DNA of 64,000 nt from positions 32,198 through 96,197 of the forward strand of contig JAZAMN010000057.1 in assembly GCA_036229005.1 (NCBI GenBank). Direction: 5' to 3'. This DNA comes from Myxococcota bacterium (GTDB taxonomy: Bacteria > Myxococcota_A > UBA796 > CAJQPC01). Below, one piece after another: positions 30,326-40,364 of the stretch (its first letter is position 1; each line of letters opens with the position of its first letter). The position numbers and the translations under genes are program-made. A model generated the notes under the pieces. The model saw only the letters and a program-made list of their open reading frames with translations. It ran no database searches and was not told the origin of the DNA.

Positions 30326-31870
30326 ATGCTCCTGCTCCTGCTCGTCGCCTGTGGATCTGGGGTGGAGACGCTCCCGCCGGACAGCGCGCCGGTGACGGAG
30401 CGCTTCGCTGTGCCACGCTTTGACCTCGCCGATGGGCTGGAGTCCAAGGATCTGGGCAGGGGCGTGAGCGTGCTGGATGTGGACGGAGATGGGCTACTGG
30501 ACCTGCTCTCGGCCTCCTCCAACCTCTCCTTCCCCGGGGGGAGCTCGGTGCAGCTTCACCTGCAGAACCCGGACGGCAGCTACCGCCGGGTGACCGAAGA
30601 GTGGGGCCTGCGCAGTCAGATGGACGTGTGGGGCCTGGTCCCCCTGGACCACGACAACGACGGGGAGCTGGAGATCCTGATGACGGGCGCGGCCTGGAAC
30701 GGGGTCACCAACAACCTCTGGCTCACCCTGCGGCCCGAGGGCCCGGCGATGGAGAGCGGCCCCTACGGCGCCTGCGGACCGGGGGCGACGATGGGCGCCT
30801 CCGTCGCGGATCTGAACCGGGACGGCCACCTGGATCTGGTGATGGCCAACGGCGCCGCGCACCGCTGGGGGGGCTGTACGGACATCCTGCTGGGGAGCGA
30901 GCAGGGGCTCAGTCGGCTCACCAACGTCGGCCGGGGCTCCGAGGAGGGCTTTGGGACCGTGGTCCACGACCTGAGCGGAGACGGCTACCCGGAGATCGTC
31001 CTCACCGAGGGCATCGGCGTGGTGATCTACGAGAACCTGGGGGAGCCTCCTTGGTTCGAGATGGACGACCCGGCCCACCGCTACAGCCTGCGCATCCGGG
31101 CGGAGGAGGACGACGCGGCGTGGACCAAGGCGAGCCTGGCGGTGCTGCTGCTGGACTACGACCAGGACGGTGACCTGGACCCCTTCGTGTGCACCTACGA
31201 CGACCCCGACGCCCCGGGCGAGTCCTACAACCAGCGGCTGCTGCGCAACGACGGGGACATGGTGTTCACCGACGTCAGCCAGGAGCAGGGGGTGCGCTTC
31301 GGCCCGGGCTGCATGGGCGCCGGGGTCGGCGACATCGACATGAACGGCTACCCCGACCTGTACCTGGGCACCGGCGGGCCCGAAGCGGGCCACGAGACCG
31401 ACAACATCCTCTACCTGAACACCGGCGACGGCTTCGTGGACGTCAGCCAGGAGGCCGGGACGACCTGGAAGGGGCGCACCCACGGCATCGAGTTCGCCGA
31501 CATGAACCAGGACGGGGCGATGGACCTGATCCTGAACAGCGGCGGCGCCTATGCCGGCCAGGACGAGGGCCTGCGCGTCGCCCTCCAGCGCGGCGGCCCC
31601 TTCAACGGTGTCCCCGTGGTCATCAAGGGCCCCGCCAACAACCCGGACGGCGTGGGCGCGCGGGTGGTCGCGGAGACGGACAAGGGCACCTTCTACGCCT
31701 ACAACCTGCGCGGGAGCGGCTTCGGCTCCACCAACCTGGGCCCGGTGTGGGTGGGCGTGGCCGACGCCAGCACCGCGACCGTGCGCGTGGAGTTCCCGGA
31801 CGGAGCGGTGACGACCTCCCAGGAGCTCAGCCTGCCGGTGGAGCCCATCACCCTGCGCTGGGGCGACTGA
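30326..31870 (+). CDS. FG-GAP repeat / CRTAC1-ASPIC-UnbV-like lipoprotein
   Basis: Multiple DxDxDGxxDL repeats, NPDGVGARV ASPIC-like C-terminus, MLLLLLVAC. Confidence 0.85.
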   Translation: MLLLLLVACGSGVETLPPDSAPVTERFAVPRFDLADGLESKDLGRGVSVLDVDGDGLLDLLSASSNLSFPGGSSVQLHLQNPDGSYRRVTEEWGLRSQMDVWGLVPLDHDNDGELEILMTGAAWNGVTNNLWLTLRPEGPAMESGPYGACGPGATMGASVADLNRDGHLDLVMANGAAHRWGGCTDILLGSEQGLSRLTNVGRGSEEGFGTVVHDLSGDGYPEIVLTEGIGVVIYENLGEPPWFEMDDPAHRYSLRIRAEEDDAAWTKASLAVLLLDYDQDGDLDPFVCTYDDPDAPGESYNQRLLRNDGDMVFTDVSQEQGVRFGPGCMGAGVGDIDMNGYPDLYLGTGGPEAGHETDNILYLNTGDGFVDVSQEAGTTWKGRTHGIEFADMNQDGAMDLILNSGGAYAGQDEGLRVALQRGGPFNGVPVVIKGPANNPDGVGARVVAETDKGTFYAYNLRGSGFGSTNLGPVWVGVADASTATVRVEFPDGAVTTSQELSLPVEPITLRWGD

Positions 31871-32508
31871 TGCTCGCCCGACGCAGCATGCACGGTGCTG
31901 CCTGGCTGGACTTCGACCCACACTGGCTCTCTCCGGCGCAGGCCGACCAGGTGCAGCGAGCGCTCACCGAGCAGGAGCCCTGGGAGCAGAAGCCCATCAA
32001 GGTCTTTGGCAAGGAGATCCTGCAGCCCCGCCTGGTCTCCTGGGCCGGCGAGCTGCCCTACCGCTACAGCGGCCAGACCCTGCCCCCGCGCCCCCTCTCC
32101 CCCCTGCTGGAGTCGCTGCGCCAGGACATGGTCCAGGCCACCGGCGTCCCCTTCAACCACGTCCTGCTCAACCGCTACCGGGATGGCGCGGACTACATGG
32201 CGCGCCACGCCGACAACGAGCCCGAACTGGGCTACTGCCCCGTCATCGCCGCCCTGTCCTTTGGCACCGAGCGCCCCTTCCGCTGCACCCCCAAGTTCAC
32301 CCGGGACAAGAAGCTGACCCGTCGCCTGCGCTTCTCGGTCATGCTCAGCCATGGCAGCCTGATGGTCATGGGAGGTCGCATGCAGCACACCTGGCGCCAC
32401 GAAGTCCCCAAGGCCCTGCGCACCCGCGGCGAGCGGATCAACCTGACCTTCCGCCTCCTCAAGGGGCCTCCGGGCTGGAGAGAGCCCCGGGGGGGACGCA
32501 AGCTGTGA
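31870..32508 (+). CDS. AlkB-family (ALKBH2/3-like) dioxygenase
   Basis: TGATG overlap; QPRLVSW, YRYSG, FNHVLLNRYRDG..HADNE, WRHEVPK, RINLTFR. Confidence 0.92.
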   Translation: MLARRSMHGAAWLDFDPHWLSPAQADQVQRALTEQEPWEQKPIKVFGKEILQPRLVSWAGELPYRYSGQTLPPRPLSPLLESLRQDMVQATGVPFNHVLLNRYRDGADYMARHADNEPELGYCPVIAALSFGTERPFRCTPKFTRDKKLTRRLRFSVMLSHGSLMVMGGRMQHTWRHEVPKALRTRGERINLTFRLLKGPPGWREPRGGRKL

Positions 32509-33743
32509 TGCTCACCCTCCTGGCCTCTCTGGCCTGCACCAAAGCCGACGATCCCGGCACCGACGAGGTCACCTGGACGCAGGACGTGCAGCCCTTGATG
32601 GCGCAGCACTGCCTGCGCTGCCACACCGCGGGCGCCATGAGCCCCCTGACCCTGGACAGCTACGAACAGGCCAGCGTGATCGCGGGCACCATCGCGGAGT
32701 CCGTGAGCGAGCGGCGCATGCCCCCCCACATCGCCGACAACTCCGGCGCCTGCCAGACCTACCAGGACCACGGCCAGTGGCTGGAGGACGACGCCATCGC
32801 GGCTTTCGTGGACTGGGCCGAGGCCGGCGCCCCCCAAGGTCCCGAGCAGGAGCCCGTGGCGGCCGTCCAGACCCAGGGGCTGCAGGACCCCAGCGCCGTG
32901 CTCGCGCCGCCCCAGCCCTACGCCCCGGACTTCTCGGGCGGCGACGACTGGCGCTGCTTTGTGCTGGAGGTCAACCCCGGCACCGAGACCCGCTACCTGC
33001 AGGCCTACGAGGTGATCCCCGAGCGGGTCGAGCGCGTCCACCACGTCACCCTGTTCAAGCCCATCAACAGCCAGACCGCGGACATCGCCCGGGGGCTGGA
33101 TGACGGCGGCGGCTACACCTGCTTTGGGGACGCCGGCGTGCCCGGCGCCCTGGTCGGGGTGTGGTCTGCGGGGAGGAGGACCTTCACCTACCCAGAGGGC
33201 ACGGGTGTACCGATCGAGCCTGGGATCCCCGTCATCATGCAGATCCACTACACCCCCGACGGCGAGGACGGGCTGGCCACGACCACCCGCATGGCCGTGC
33301 AGTTGGAAGACCAGGCCCGGCCGCTCTACCCCCTCTGGCTGCTCAACGACAACTTCACCCTCCAGCCGGACACCCCCGACCAGTGGGACAGCGAGTCCGG
33401 CACCATCCGGGAGGCGCTCAACGAGTTCAGCCTCTACGACGTGCAGGGGGAGCTGGAGGTCATCGGGACCGCCGGGCACATGCACCTGCTGGGCAGCGCG
33501 CTGCACATCGACATCGAGCACGAGAGCGGCGGGGAGACCTGCCTGCTGGACATCCGCCGCTTTGACTACAACTGGCACGATGTCTTCCTGCTGGAGACCC
33601 CCGTGCCCGTGACGGACCGGGACACCATCCAGATGGACTGCGCCTGGGACACCACGGGCGTGGACCAGACCGTGTCCTGGGGCGACGGCATCGACGAAGA
33701 GATGTGCGTGGCGCTGCTGCTGACCAGCCCCAGAGAGGACTGA
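32505..33743 (+). CDS. Copper type II ascorbate-dependent monooxygenase-like lipoprotein with c-type heme motif
   Basis: CLRCH heme motif, VHH, QIHY, GHMHLLG and EEMC copper-ligand motifs. Confidence 0.85.
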   Translation: MMLTLLASLACTKADDPGTDEVTWTQDVQPLMAQHCLRCHTAGAMSPLTLDSYEQASVIAGTIAESVSERRMPPHIADNSGACQTYQDHGQWLEDDAIAAFVDWAEAGAPQGPEQEPVAAVQTQGLQDPSAVLAPPQPYAPDFSGGDDWRCFVLEVNPGTETRYLQAYEVIPERVERVHHVTLFKPINSQTADIARGLDDGGGYTCFGDAGVPGALVGVWSAGRRTFTYPEGTGVPIEPGIPVIMQIHYTPDGEDGLATTTRMAVQLEDQARPLYPLWLLNDNFTLQPDTPDQWDSESGTIREALNEFSLYDVQGELEVIGTAGHMHLLGSALHIDIEHESGGETCLLDIRRFDYNWHDVFLLETPVPVTDRDTIQMDCAWDTTGVDQTVSWGDGIDEEMCVALLLTSPRED

Positions 33744-33816
33744 GCGCTCGCTGCTGGCTTCGCTGGCGCGTCCGGTGGCCCAGGCCGCCCACCCCGGAGA
33801 GTGAGCGGCCCAACCC

Positions 33817-34146
33817 TCAGCTCCGGGTGCGCTCGGTGTAGAGCGCGGCGGCCTCGGGGTCCAGGGAGACCTCGTACATCAGGGCCTCCAGGTCAGCCTG
33901 GCTCAGGCCCTTCTCCTTCAAGATGGCCTCGGCGCTGTCGGGCTCGGCCTTGATGGCCTTGGCGACCGAGATCGCCAGCTCCAGGCGCTCAGCGTCCATC
34001 TTGGGGGTGGTGGCCGGGGTCTCCGGCACCTTGGCCTCCGGCGCGGGGGGCGCCGGGGTGGTGGCCGGGGTCTCAGGCGTGGGCGCCGGGGTCTCTCCCC
34101 CGGTGCAGCCCAGCGCGGCGAACAGGACAAAGAGGAGCGTGCTCAC
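33817..34146 (-). CDS. Small lipoprotein
   Basis: Lipobox ALGC, Pro/Thr linker, helical C-terminus; GTGA-coupled to the upstream gene. Confidence 0.7.
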   Translation of the reverse strand: MSTLLFVLFAALGCTGGETPAPTPETPATTPAPPAPEAKVPETPATTPKMDAERLELAISVAKAIKAEPDSAEAILKEKGLSQADLEALMYEVSLDPEAAALYTERTRS

Positions 34147-34826
34147 TTGTTGCCTCCACGGCGGTCGGATCCACCTGCAGCGCCGCCCGCTGGGGCGTCG
34201 GTGCCAGCCTTGCCGCCCTTGCGCTCAGAGGGCGGGGCCTCCGGGGGCTTGCCCCCCTTGCGCCCAGAGCTCGGGTCCGAAGGGCGCCCCTCGGGGGCCA
34301 CCCCATCCGGGGAGTCCTTGGGCTCGGGCTTGCCCTTGCCTTCGGGCGCCCCCTTCCCATCGGGCGGTCCCTTGTCGTTGCTCACGTCGCCGTCGGGCTT
34401 GCCCTCGTGCATCTTGCCCTTGCCGTGGGCGCGGTGCTCCTCGTGGATGGCGTCGGCCAGGTCGTTGCCGCGCTTGCCCTCCTTGAGCTGTCCCTGCACA
34501 AAGGCCCCGAAGTTGTCGGTGGGCCCATGCTCCCGGGCGGCCTGGTTGGCCTGCTCCATGGTCTGGGCGGCCTCGGCGGCGGGGACACCGGCCTCCTGCA
34601 TCGAGCGCAGGGCCTGGCCCGTATCTGCCTCGCTGGCACCCGATTGCCGATAGCGGTCCGCGGCGGACGGGAGCTCCAGGAGTTGCAGGATCTCGGGCTT
34701 GGCGGCCAGATCTCCGTTCTCCGAAGAAGGGGGGGCCTGCTCCTCGGCGGCGGGAGCGTCGGCCTCTCCCTCCTGGGCCAGGGCGGGCGCGCTCAAGGCG
34801 AGCATCAACATCCAGGGTCCGGTCAT
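34143..34826 (-). CDS. Exported hypothetical protein with low-complexity G/K/P tail
   Basis: RBS AAGGAGG, signal peptide ending ALA/Q, conserved-looking DNFGAFVQGQLKEGKRG. Confidence 0.7.
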   Translation of the reverse strand: MTGPWMLMLALSAPALAQEGEADAPAAEEQAPPSSENGDLAAKPEILQLLELPSAADRYRQSGASEADTGQALRSMQEAGVPAAEAAQTMEQANQAAREHGPTDNFGAFVQGQLKEGKRGNDLADAIHEEHRAHGKGKMHEGKPDGDVSNDKGPPDGKGAPEGKGKPEPKDSPDGVAPEGRPSDPSSGRKGGKPPEAPPSERKGGKAGTDAPAGGAAGGSDRRGGNK

Positions 34827-34891
34827 TCGGTCCTCCTTGCGGCGTCAAGACTAGCACAGCGGGGGGCCGAAATCAGTGATACGCCAATGTC

Positions 34892-35707
34892 ATGCCCAAC
34901 ATCGAACCCGGCTACGACTTCGGTGACGCCCGCTTTGACCTCGCCGATGCCCGAGATCGCGAGATCGTGCGCTTCATCCTCTCCCAAGCCCTCTTTGGTG
35001 AGGCCACCGGTGTCTACTGCGGGAAGAGCCTCTACCAGGCCCGCTCCCTGGAGGCCGCGCGCTTCTACCTGCGTCAGGCGCGCCAGGAGCTCAACCACCT
35101 GGAGCACTTCGCGGAGATCTTCAGGCTGCTGGAGATGGAGCCGGAGCCCGGTCACTGGGTGATCCGGCTGATGTCGTCGCACAACAACTACTACCCGCTC
35201 AAGGTGCTCATGGAGCACGCCATCGGCGAGGGCATGGTGCTCGACATCTTCAAGGACGTGCTGCTGCAGACCCTGCCCGACGACCACCCCGGCGTCGACA
35301 AGGTCAAGAAGCGCCTGCGCGCCATCGCGATGGAGGAGGTCGAGCACGTGGAGTGGGGCGAGAAGGAGACCCGGTACAACCTGGAGAAGTCCCCCTGGCT
35401 CAAGTGGCCCTACTACGGCCTGCTGGAGCTGCAGCTCCTGGTCGCGCCCTTGATCCTCAAGCCCTACCAGAGAGAGTCCGAAGGGCACCCTGTGCTGTCC
35501 CACCTGCCCGCGTTCGTCGACCACGTCAGCCAGCGCGTGTGGAAGCAGGGCCAGGACATGGGGTTTGTCCCCGCTGAGCGGCCCGGGCTGCTCACCCGCC
35601 TGTTCGCGATGACCGCCGGCGCGCTGCTCTTCCTGCGCTCGCAGGTGGCCAAGGCGGACTCCACCCTGGACAAGACCTACCTGTCGGAGCTGGGCTTTTC
35701 ACGATGA
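34892..35707 (+). CDS. Ferritin-like diiron protein
   Basis: Pattern GE...QELNH...GE...EEVEH (two ExxH motifs). Confidence 0.8.
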   Translation: MPNIEPGYDFGDARFDLADARDREIVRFILSQALFGEATGVYCGKSLYQARSLEAARFYLRQARQELNHLEHFAEIFRLLEMEPEPGHWVIRLMSSHNNYYPLKVLMEHAIGEGMVLDIFKDVLLQTLPDDHPGVDKVKKRLRAIAMEEVEHVEWGEKETRYNLEKSPWLKWPYYGLLELQLLVAPLILKPYQRESEGHPVLSHLPAFVDHVSQRVWKQGQDMGFVPAERPGLLTRLFAMTAGALLFLRSQVAKADSTLDKTYLSELGFSR

Positions 35708-36189
35708 CGCTGTTGTGGGGACTGCTGGCCTGCCTGGGCCCTTGGGAAGACACGGACGCCGCCACCCTGCAGCTCGATCTGCCGGCCGAGGGCTCCGTCG
35801 AGGGCTACTTCACCCTGCGCCTGACCGGCAGCACCACGGGCGGGGACACCGGCGGGGGCGGCAGCGACCAGGACGTGGACTTCCACGCCGACCTGAGCCT
35901 GCGCGGCGTCGAGCAGCCTGTGCGTGTGCTCTTCTACAGCGAGACCGCGGAGCTCGTGCCCCCCGTCACCGACCTGAGCGCCGACGGGAGCTGGAGCACC
36001 GCCACCCACCGCTGCGAGGTCCTGGCCGGCACCACCACCGAGTGCTGGCAGGACTACCGCGTGCGGGTGGAGTCCAGCCCCGGCGCCCTGCCCCAGACCC
36101 TGATGCTGGACGTGGTCGCGCAGGCCCAGGGGGAGGAGGGGAGCTGGGATGATCTCCAGGATGCCTTCCTCACCGTGGAGACACCGTGA
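35704..36189 (+). CDS. Hypothetical lipoprotein
   Basis: ATGA overlap; MTLLWGLLAC. Confidence 0.65.
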   Translation: MTLLWGLLACLGPWEDTDAATLQLDLPAEGSVEGYFTLRLTGSTTGGDTGGGGSDQDVDFHADLSLRGVEQPVRVLFYSETAELVPPVTDLSADGSWSTATHRCEVLAGTTTECWQDYRVRVESSPGALPQTLMLDVVAQAQGEEGSWDDLQDAFLTVETP

Positions 36190-36635
36190 TCCTCTTTCTG
36201 CTGGCCTGCAAGCCCACCTACAGCGAGGTCACCAGTGCGCAGGGCCCGGTCGTGGTGCTGGACGCCGAGACCCCCGAGCAGCGCATGGAGTGGAGCGCCT
36301 CGCTGCAGGCCGAGTCCCCCAAGGTGATGGACGCCACCCTGTGGGTGTGGTTCGAGGCCACTTGGGAGGGCTCCGGTGCCCTCCGGGCCTTCTATCAGGG
36401 CGTGGAGCTGGCCCCCCAGCCCGTCGAGGACACCCAGCTCCTCTCCCTGGGCGCCCTGGAGACCGACTGCGTGGACGACGAGGTCATCCTCTGCGAGCTC
36501 TCCGGCACCGTGACCGTGCAGCTCCTCCAGGGCGAGTCCGTGGAGCTCACGCCCGTGCTGTGGGTGGAGGCGGAGATGGGCCGGCCGGCGGAGGAGAAGC
36601 TGGAGGGGGTGGAGCTGGTTGGGGTGTTGGAGTAG
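36186..36635 (+). CDS. Hypothetical lipoprotein
   Basis: GTGA overlap; MILFLLAC. Confidence 0.65.
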   Translation: MILFLLACKPTYSEVTSAQGPVVVLDAETPEQRMEWSASLQAESPKVMDATLWVWFEATWEGSGALRAFYQGVELAPQPVEDTQLLSLGALETDCVDDEVILCELSGTVTVQLLQGESVELTPVLWVEAEMGRPAEEKLEGVELVGVLE

Positions 36636-36645
36636 CGGTGCCTTG

Positions 36646-37263
36646 ATGCTCGTTCTCCTCCTGCCCGGGTGCTTCTTCGGCCAAGAACCGGACACGATCT
36701 TCCCCTGCGACTACACCGCCGAACAGGCCGGGTGGGACCAGGAGGTGCTCGGAACCACGGCGAGCGCCCTGCTCGCAGACTGGGAGGGAGCGCACCACTA
36801 CATCGCGGTGGGCGTGCCCGACTCCAGTCGGCCAGCCCCTGCAGACTGGATGACCGGGTGGACCGTCACCCTGGAATCCAGCGGTCCCCCAAGCGTCCGC
36901 GAGTCCTTTGACTGCGCGCCCCACCTGTCCGTGCCTGTGCGCTGGACCTTGGCGCTGGACAACAGGGCCATCTCCCAACAGGGAGACGGAGCGACCGTAC
37001 AGGAGAGCCCGTTCAATCACGGAGAGCTGCGCGCTCTCGGTCCCGAGCGCTCCGACCAGCGCCTGCGGCTGAACACACTGGAGGACGCCGGAGAAGCCGG
37101 CGAGGCCTTCTACTGGAGCTACCCCGAGTTCAAGCGCAACCAGGCGCCCACACTGAGCCTGTCGGGCACCGGCGATGTGGCTGAGCTGTACGGGAGCTAC
37201 CGCCACAGCGAGACCCTCATTGCCTCCTTCCGGCTCCAGGGCGTTCGGGAGCCGACCCCATGA
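36646..37263 (+). CDS. Hypothetical lipoprotein
   Basis: MLVLLLPGC; weak similarity to the next gene. Confidence 0.6.
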   Translation: MLVLLLPGCFFGQEPDTIFPCDYTAEQAGWDQEVLGTTASALLADWEGAHHYIAVGVPDSSRPAPADWMTGWTVTLESSGPPSVRESFDCAPHLSVPVRWTLALDNRAISQQGDGATVQESPFNHGELRALGPERSDQRLRLNTLEDAGEAGEAFYWSYPEFKRNQAPTLSLSGTGDVAELYGSYRHSETLIASFRLQGVREPTP

Positions 37264-37835
37264 TCTGGCTGCTCGTGGCCTGTCTGGCCTCCCCGACGCC
37301 TGCTCCTTGTGGACCCTCGGAGTCCGTGTCGCCCGACGACGACTCCCTGGGCTACTCCGCCCAAGACCTGTGGGAGGGCGTCGGGGCTGAGTGGTTCCTG
37401 GAGCCCACGTGGTCCACCACCCCACTGACTGAGCTGCACCCCACCCTGACGGTCACCGGTCCCATCAGCGAGGCCACCCTGGTGGAGACGCCCAGCGACT
37501 GCCGACCCAGCCTGCGTGCGCAGGCCCCCGTGACCCTGGACCTGGGCGAGCAGTCCGGCGTGGTCCTGGAGGGCACCGCGGTGCTCTCGGGGACTCCGAA
37601 CGCCCCTCACCTGTCTGCTGCGTTGGAGACCCAGGAGCTGGACGAGAGCACAAACGCGTGGCTCACCCAACAGCGGAACGCGCTGCACGACACACCAGAG
37701 GCCGCCGAACGCACCCTCTGGACGCTGCGCGTGCTGGTGCATGGCACCCAAGAGCAGGGTGCGGTTCATGTGTTGGACGCAACCGCGAGCCACGAGCGGG
37801 ATGGCGCCGAGATGGTGCTGTCGGGGAGCTGGTAG
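37260..37835 (+). CDS. Hypothetical lipoprotein
   Basis: ATGA overlap; MIWLLVAC. Confidence 0.65.
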   Translation: MIWLLVACLASPTPAPCGPSESVSPDDDSLGYSAQDLWEGVGAEWFLEPTWSTTPLTELHPTLTVTGPISEATLVETPSDCRPSLRAQAPVTLDLGEQSGVVLEGTAVLSGTPNAPHLSAALETQELDESTNAWLTQQRNALHDTPEAAERTLWTLRVLVHGTQEQGAVHVLDATASHERDGAEMVLSGSW

Positions 37836-37863
37836 CACCCGGCCTCCCGGCGTCCGCTGGGGC

Positions 37864-37890
37864 TCAGGGGGGTCGCGAGCCCCCCCTACA
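37864..37890 (-). repeat. GTAG-type REP-like palindrome overlapping the priA stop
   Basis: Minus strand TGTAGGGGGGGCTCGCGACCCCCCTGA; near-identical to copies at 61767 and 61959. Confidence 0.65.
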
Positions 37891-40306
37891 TAAGATGCCT
37901 CGGATCCACATCCAGCGACACCCGCACCCCCTTCCCCGGGTGACTCAGGTCCACCCCGCGCAGCCACCGCCGAAAGGCGCGGGGGTCGTTGCCGCGGAGC
38001 ATGATCTGGTAGCGCCAGCGGCCGACGAGGCGGGGCATGGCGGCCTGGGCGGGGCCCAGGACCTCGATGGTCTTGCCATCGCAGGTGGCCCGGAGGCGGC
38101 GAAGCAGGGTCCAGGAGGCGTCCAGGGCCTGCTGCTGGACGCTGCCCTCGACGCGGAGCAGAGCCAGGCGGGCGACGGGGGGGTAGCGCAGCAGCTCCCG
38201 GTGCTTGATCTCCTCGGCGGCGAAGTCGGCGTAGTCGCCCAGGAGCTGGAAGACGTAGTGCCCGCCGTTTGAGGTCTGCACCATCATGCGACCGGCCCTA
38301 TCCCCGCGGCCGGCGCGGCCCCCGAGCTGGGTGAGCAGGGCGAAGCTGCGCTCGGCGGCCCGGAAGTCGGGCATGCGCAGGACGTGGTCGGCGCCCAGCA
38401 CGACGGCCAGGGAGACGTCGGGGAAGTCGTGGCCCTTGGCGACGATCTGGGTGCCCACGAGCAGCCGTGCCTCGCCTTTGCGGAAGGTCTCGAGGATCTC
38501 GAAGTGGGCCCCCCGTGCGGCGGTGGTGTCCGCGTCCATGCGGGCTACGGGCACCTCTGGAAACATCTCGACCAACACCTGCTCGATGCGCTCAGTGCCC
38601 TTGCCCATGACCTCCAAGGTGCCGCCGCAGGCCGGGCAGTCATCGACCATGCGCCGGTGGAAGCCGCAGTAGTGGCAGCTCAGGGTGGCCTTGGAGCGGT
38701 GCAGGACCAGGGAGACCCCGCAAGACGGGCAGCTATAGGCGGACCCGCAGTCGCCACACTCGACCAGGGTGGCGAAGCCGCGGCGGTTGTAGAGCACGAT
38801 GGCCTGGCCACCCTCGGCGAAGCACTGGGTGAGGGCGTGGCGCACAGGCTCGGAGACGATGGGGCGGCGGCCGTCCTCGTCGCGGGGCTGCTGGGTCATG
38901 TCGACCAGCTCGACGGTGGGGACGGGCCGGGGGGTGGGCCGCTCCAGGAGCTGGATGAGGCCGTAGCGGTCGGCCTGGGCGTTGTGCCAGCTCTCCAGGC
39001 TGGGGGTCGCGGAGCCCAGGACCACGGGGCACTTGGACATGCCGCCGCGCACGACGGCCAGGTCGCGGGCGTTGTAGCGCACGCCGTCGTCCTGCTTGTA
39101 GGAGTCGTCGTGCTCTTCGTCCACGATGAGCAGGCCCAGGTCCTGGAAGGGGGCGAAGAGCGCGGAGCGGGCCCCCACGGCGACCTGCGCGACCTGCGCC
39201 CGGATGCGCCGCCACTCCTGCAGGCGCTGGGCGGGGGTGAGGCCGCTGTGGAGCACGGCCACGGAGTCCCCAAAGCGCGCCCTGAAGCGGCCGGTGAGCA
39301 AGGGGGTGAGCCCGATCTCCGGGACGAGCACCAGGACCTGCTGGCCGCGCTGGATGACCTCGGCGGCGGCGCGCAGGTAGACCTCGGTCTTGCCCGCGCC
39401 GGTGACGCCGTAGAGCAGGTGGGGGCGGGGCGGGCCCAGGATGGCGTCGACGGCGCCCTGCTGAGCGGGGGTGAGGGAGGGGGGCTCGCGGGTCTCCGGG
39501 AGCTCGCCGTGCACCACCGGGTCATGGCGTTCGCGCAGCTCTTCTTGGAGCACCCCGGCATCGGCGAGGGACTTGGCAGCCGATCGGGCGTAGGGCCCCT
39601 GCTCGGCCTTGAGGCGGGACTGCGCCATGGCGCCGCCGGCGTCTGCGATGGCCTGGACCACGCCCTTCTGGCGCTTGCCGGCCTTGGGGAGCAGGGTGGG
39701 CAGCTCCTGGGGGGCGATCTGCAGCACCCACCAGGCCTCGGTGCCGCCGGTGCCGCCGGACACGCGCTCCTCGACCTCTACCCACTCCTTGCGGATCAGG
39801 GCCTCCAGGGCGCGCTCGCACTCCTTGGGCTCCAGGATCTCCCGCAGGCGGCGCTGCAGGCCCCGCTTGGTGAGGCCGGGGCGCTGGATGACCTCACGCA
39901 GGACCTCGCCGGGGTGTCCGGTGGCGGCGTTGAGCGCCAGGGCGTCCACGCCCTGCTCGCTGGCGATGTGGACGCGGCGCGAGCTGGCCTTGAGGCGGGC
40001 TGGGAGCGCGGTCGAGATGACCTCGCCGAGGCCAGAGCGGTAGTAATCGGCGATCCAGCGGAAGAGCTGGAGCTGGGTGGGGTCGAAGGCTGGCTCAGGG
40101 TCCAGCAGCCGCTCGATCTTCCGGGCCTTGCCCTTGGGAGGGGGCGGGACGTGGGGGCCGACGTCCAGCACGTAGCCGGTGACCTTGCGGGGGCCGAAGG
40201 GGGCCAACACGGCGTGACCGAGCGCCAACTGCCCCTGGAGGGCGGCGGGGACGGCGTAGGTGAAGGCCTCGTGTACGGGGAGGGCCATGGCGAGGGTGCA
40301 GAACAC
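37886..40306 (-). CDS. priA: Primosomal protein N'
   Basis: GVTGAGKTEVY, VPEIGLTP, DEEHDDSYKQ, four CxxC motifs, GTQIVAKGHDFP, DVDP end. Confidence 0.96.
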   Translation of the reverse strand: MFCTLAMALPVHEAFTYAVPAALQGQLALGHAVLAPFGPRKVTGYVLDVGPHVPPPPKGKARKIERLLDPEPAFDPTQLQLFRWIADYYRSGLGEVISTALPARLKASSRRVHIASEQGVDALALNAATGHPGEVLREVIQRPGLTKRGLQRRLREILEPKECERALEALIRKEWVEVEERVSGGTGGTEAWWVLQIAPQELPTLLPKAGKRQKGVVQAIADAGGAMAQSRLKAEQGPYARSAAKSLADAGVLQEELRERHDPVVHGELPETREPPSLTPAQQGAVDAILGPPRPHLLYGVTGAGKTEVYLRAAAEVIQRGQQVLVLVPEIGLTPLLTGRFRARFGDSVAVLHSGLTPAQRLQEWRRIRAQVAQVAVGARSALFAPFQDLGLLIVDEEHDDSYKQDDGVRYNARDLAVVRGGMSKCPVVLGSATPSLESWHNAQADRYGLIQLLERPTPRPVPTVELVDMTQQPRDEDGRRPIVSEPVRHALTQCFAEGGQAIVLYNRRGFATLVECGDCGSAYSCPSCGVSLVLHRSKATLSCHYCGFHRRMVDDCPACGGTLEVMGKGTERIEQVLVEMFPEVPVARMDADTTAARGAHFEILETFRKGEARLLVGTQIVAKGHDFPDVSLAVVLGADHVLRMPDFRAAERSFALLTQLGGRAGRGDRAGRMMVQTSNGGHYVFQLLGDYADFAAEEIKHRELLRYPPVARLALLRVEGSVQQQALDASWTLLRRLRATCDGKTIEVLGPAQAAMPRLVGRWRYQIMLRGNDPRAFRRWLRGVDLSHPGKGVRVSLDVDPRHLM

Positions 40307-40364
40307 CCTGCGGGACTAACGCGGACTCACCCCGCCGACTCCGGACAGCCAGAGCACCCCGGGG

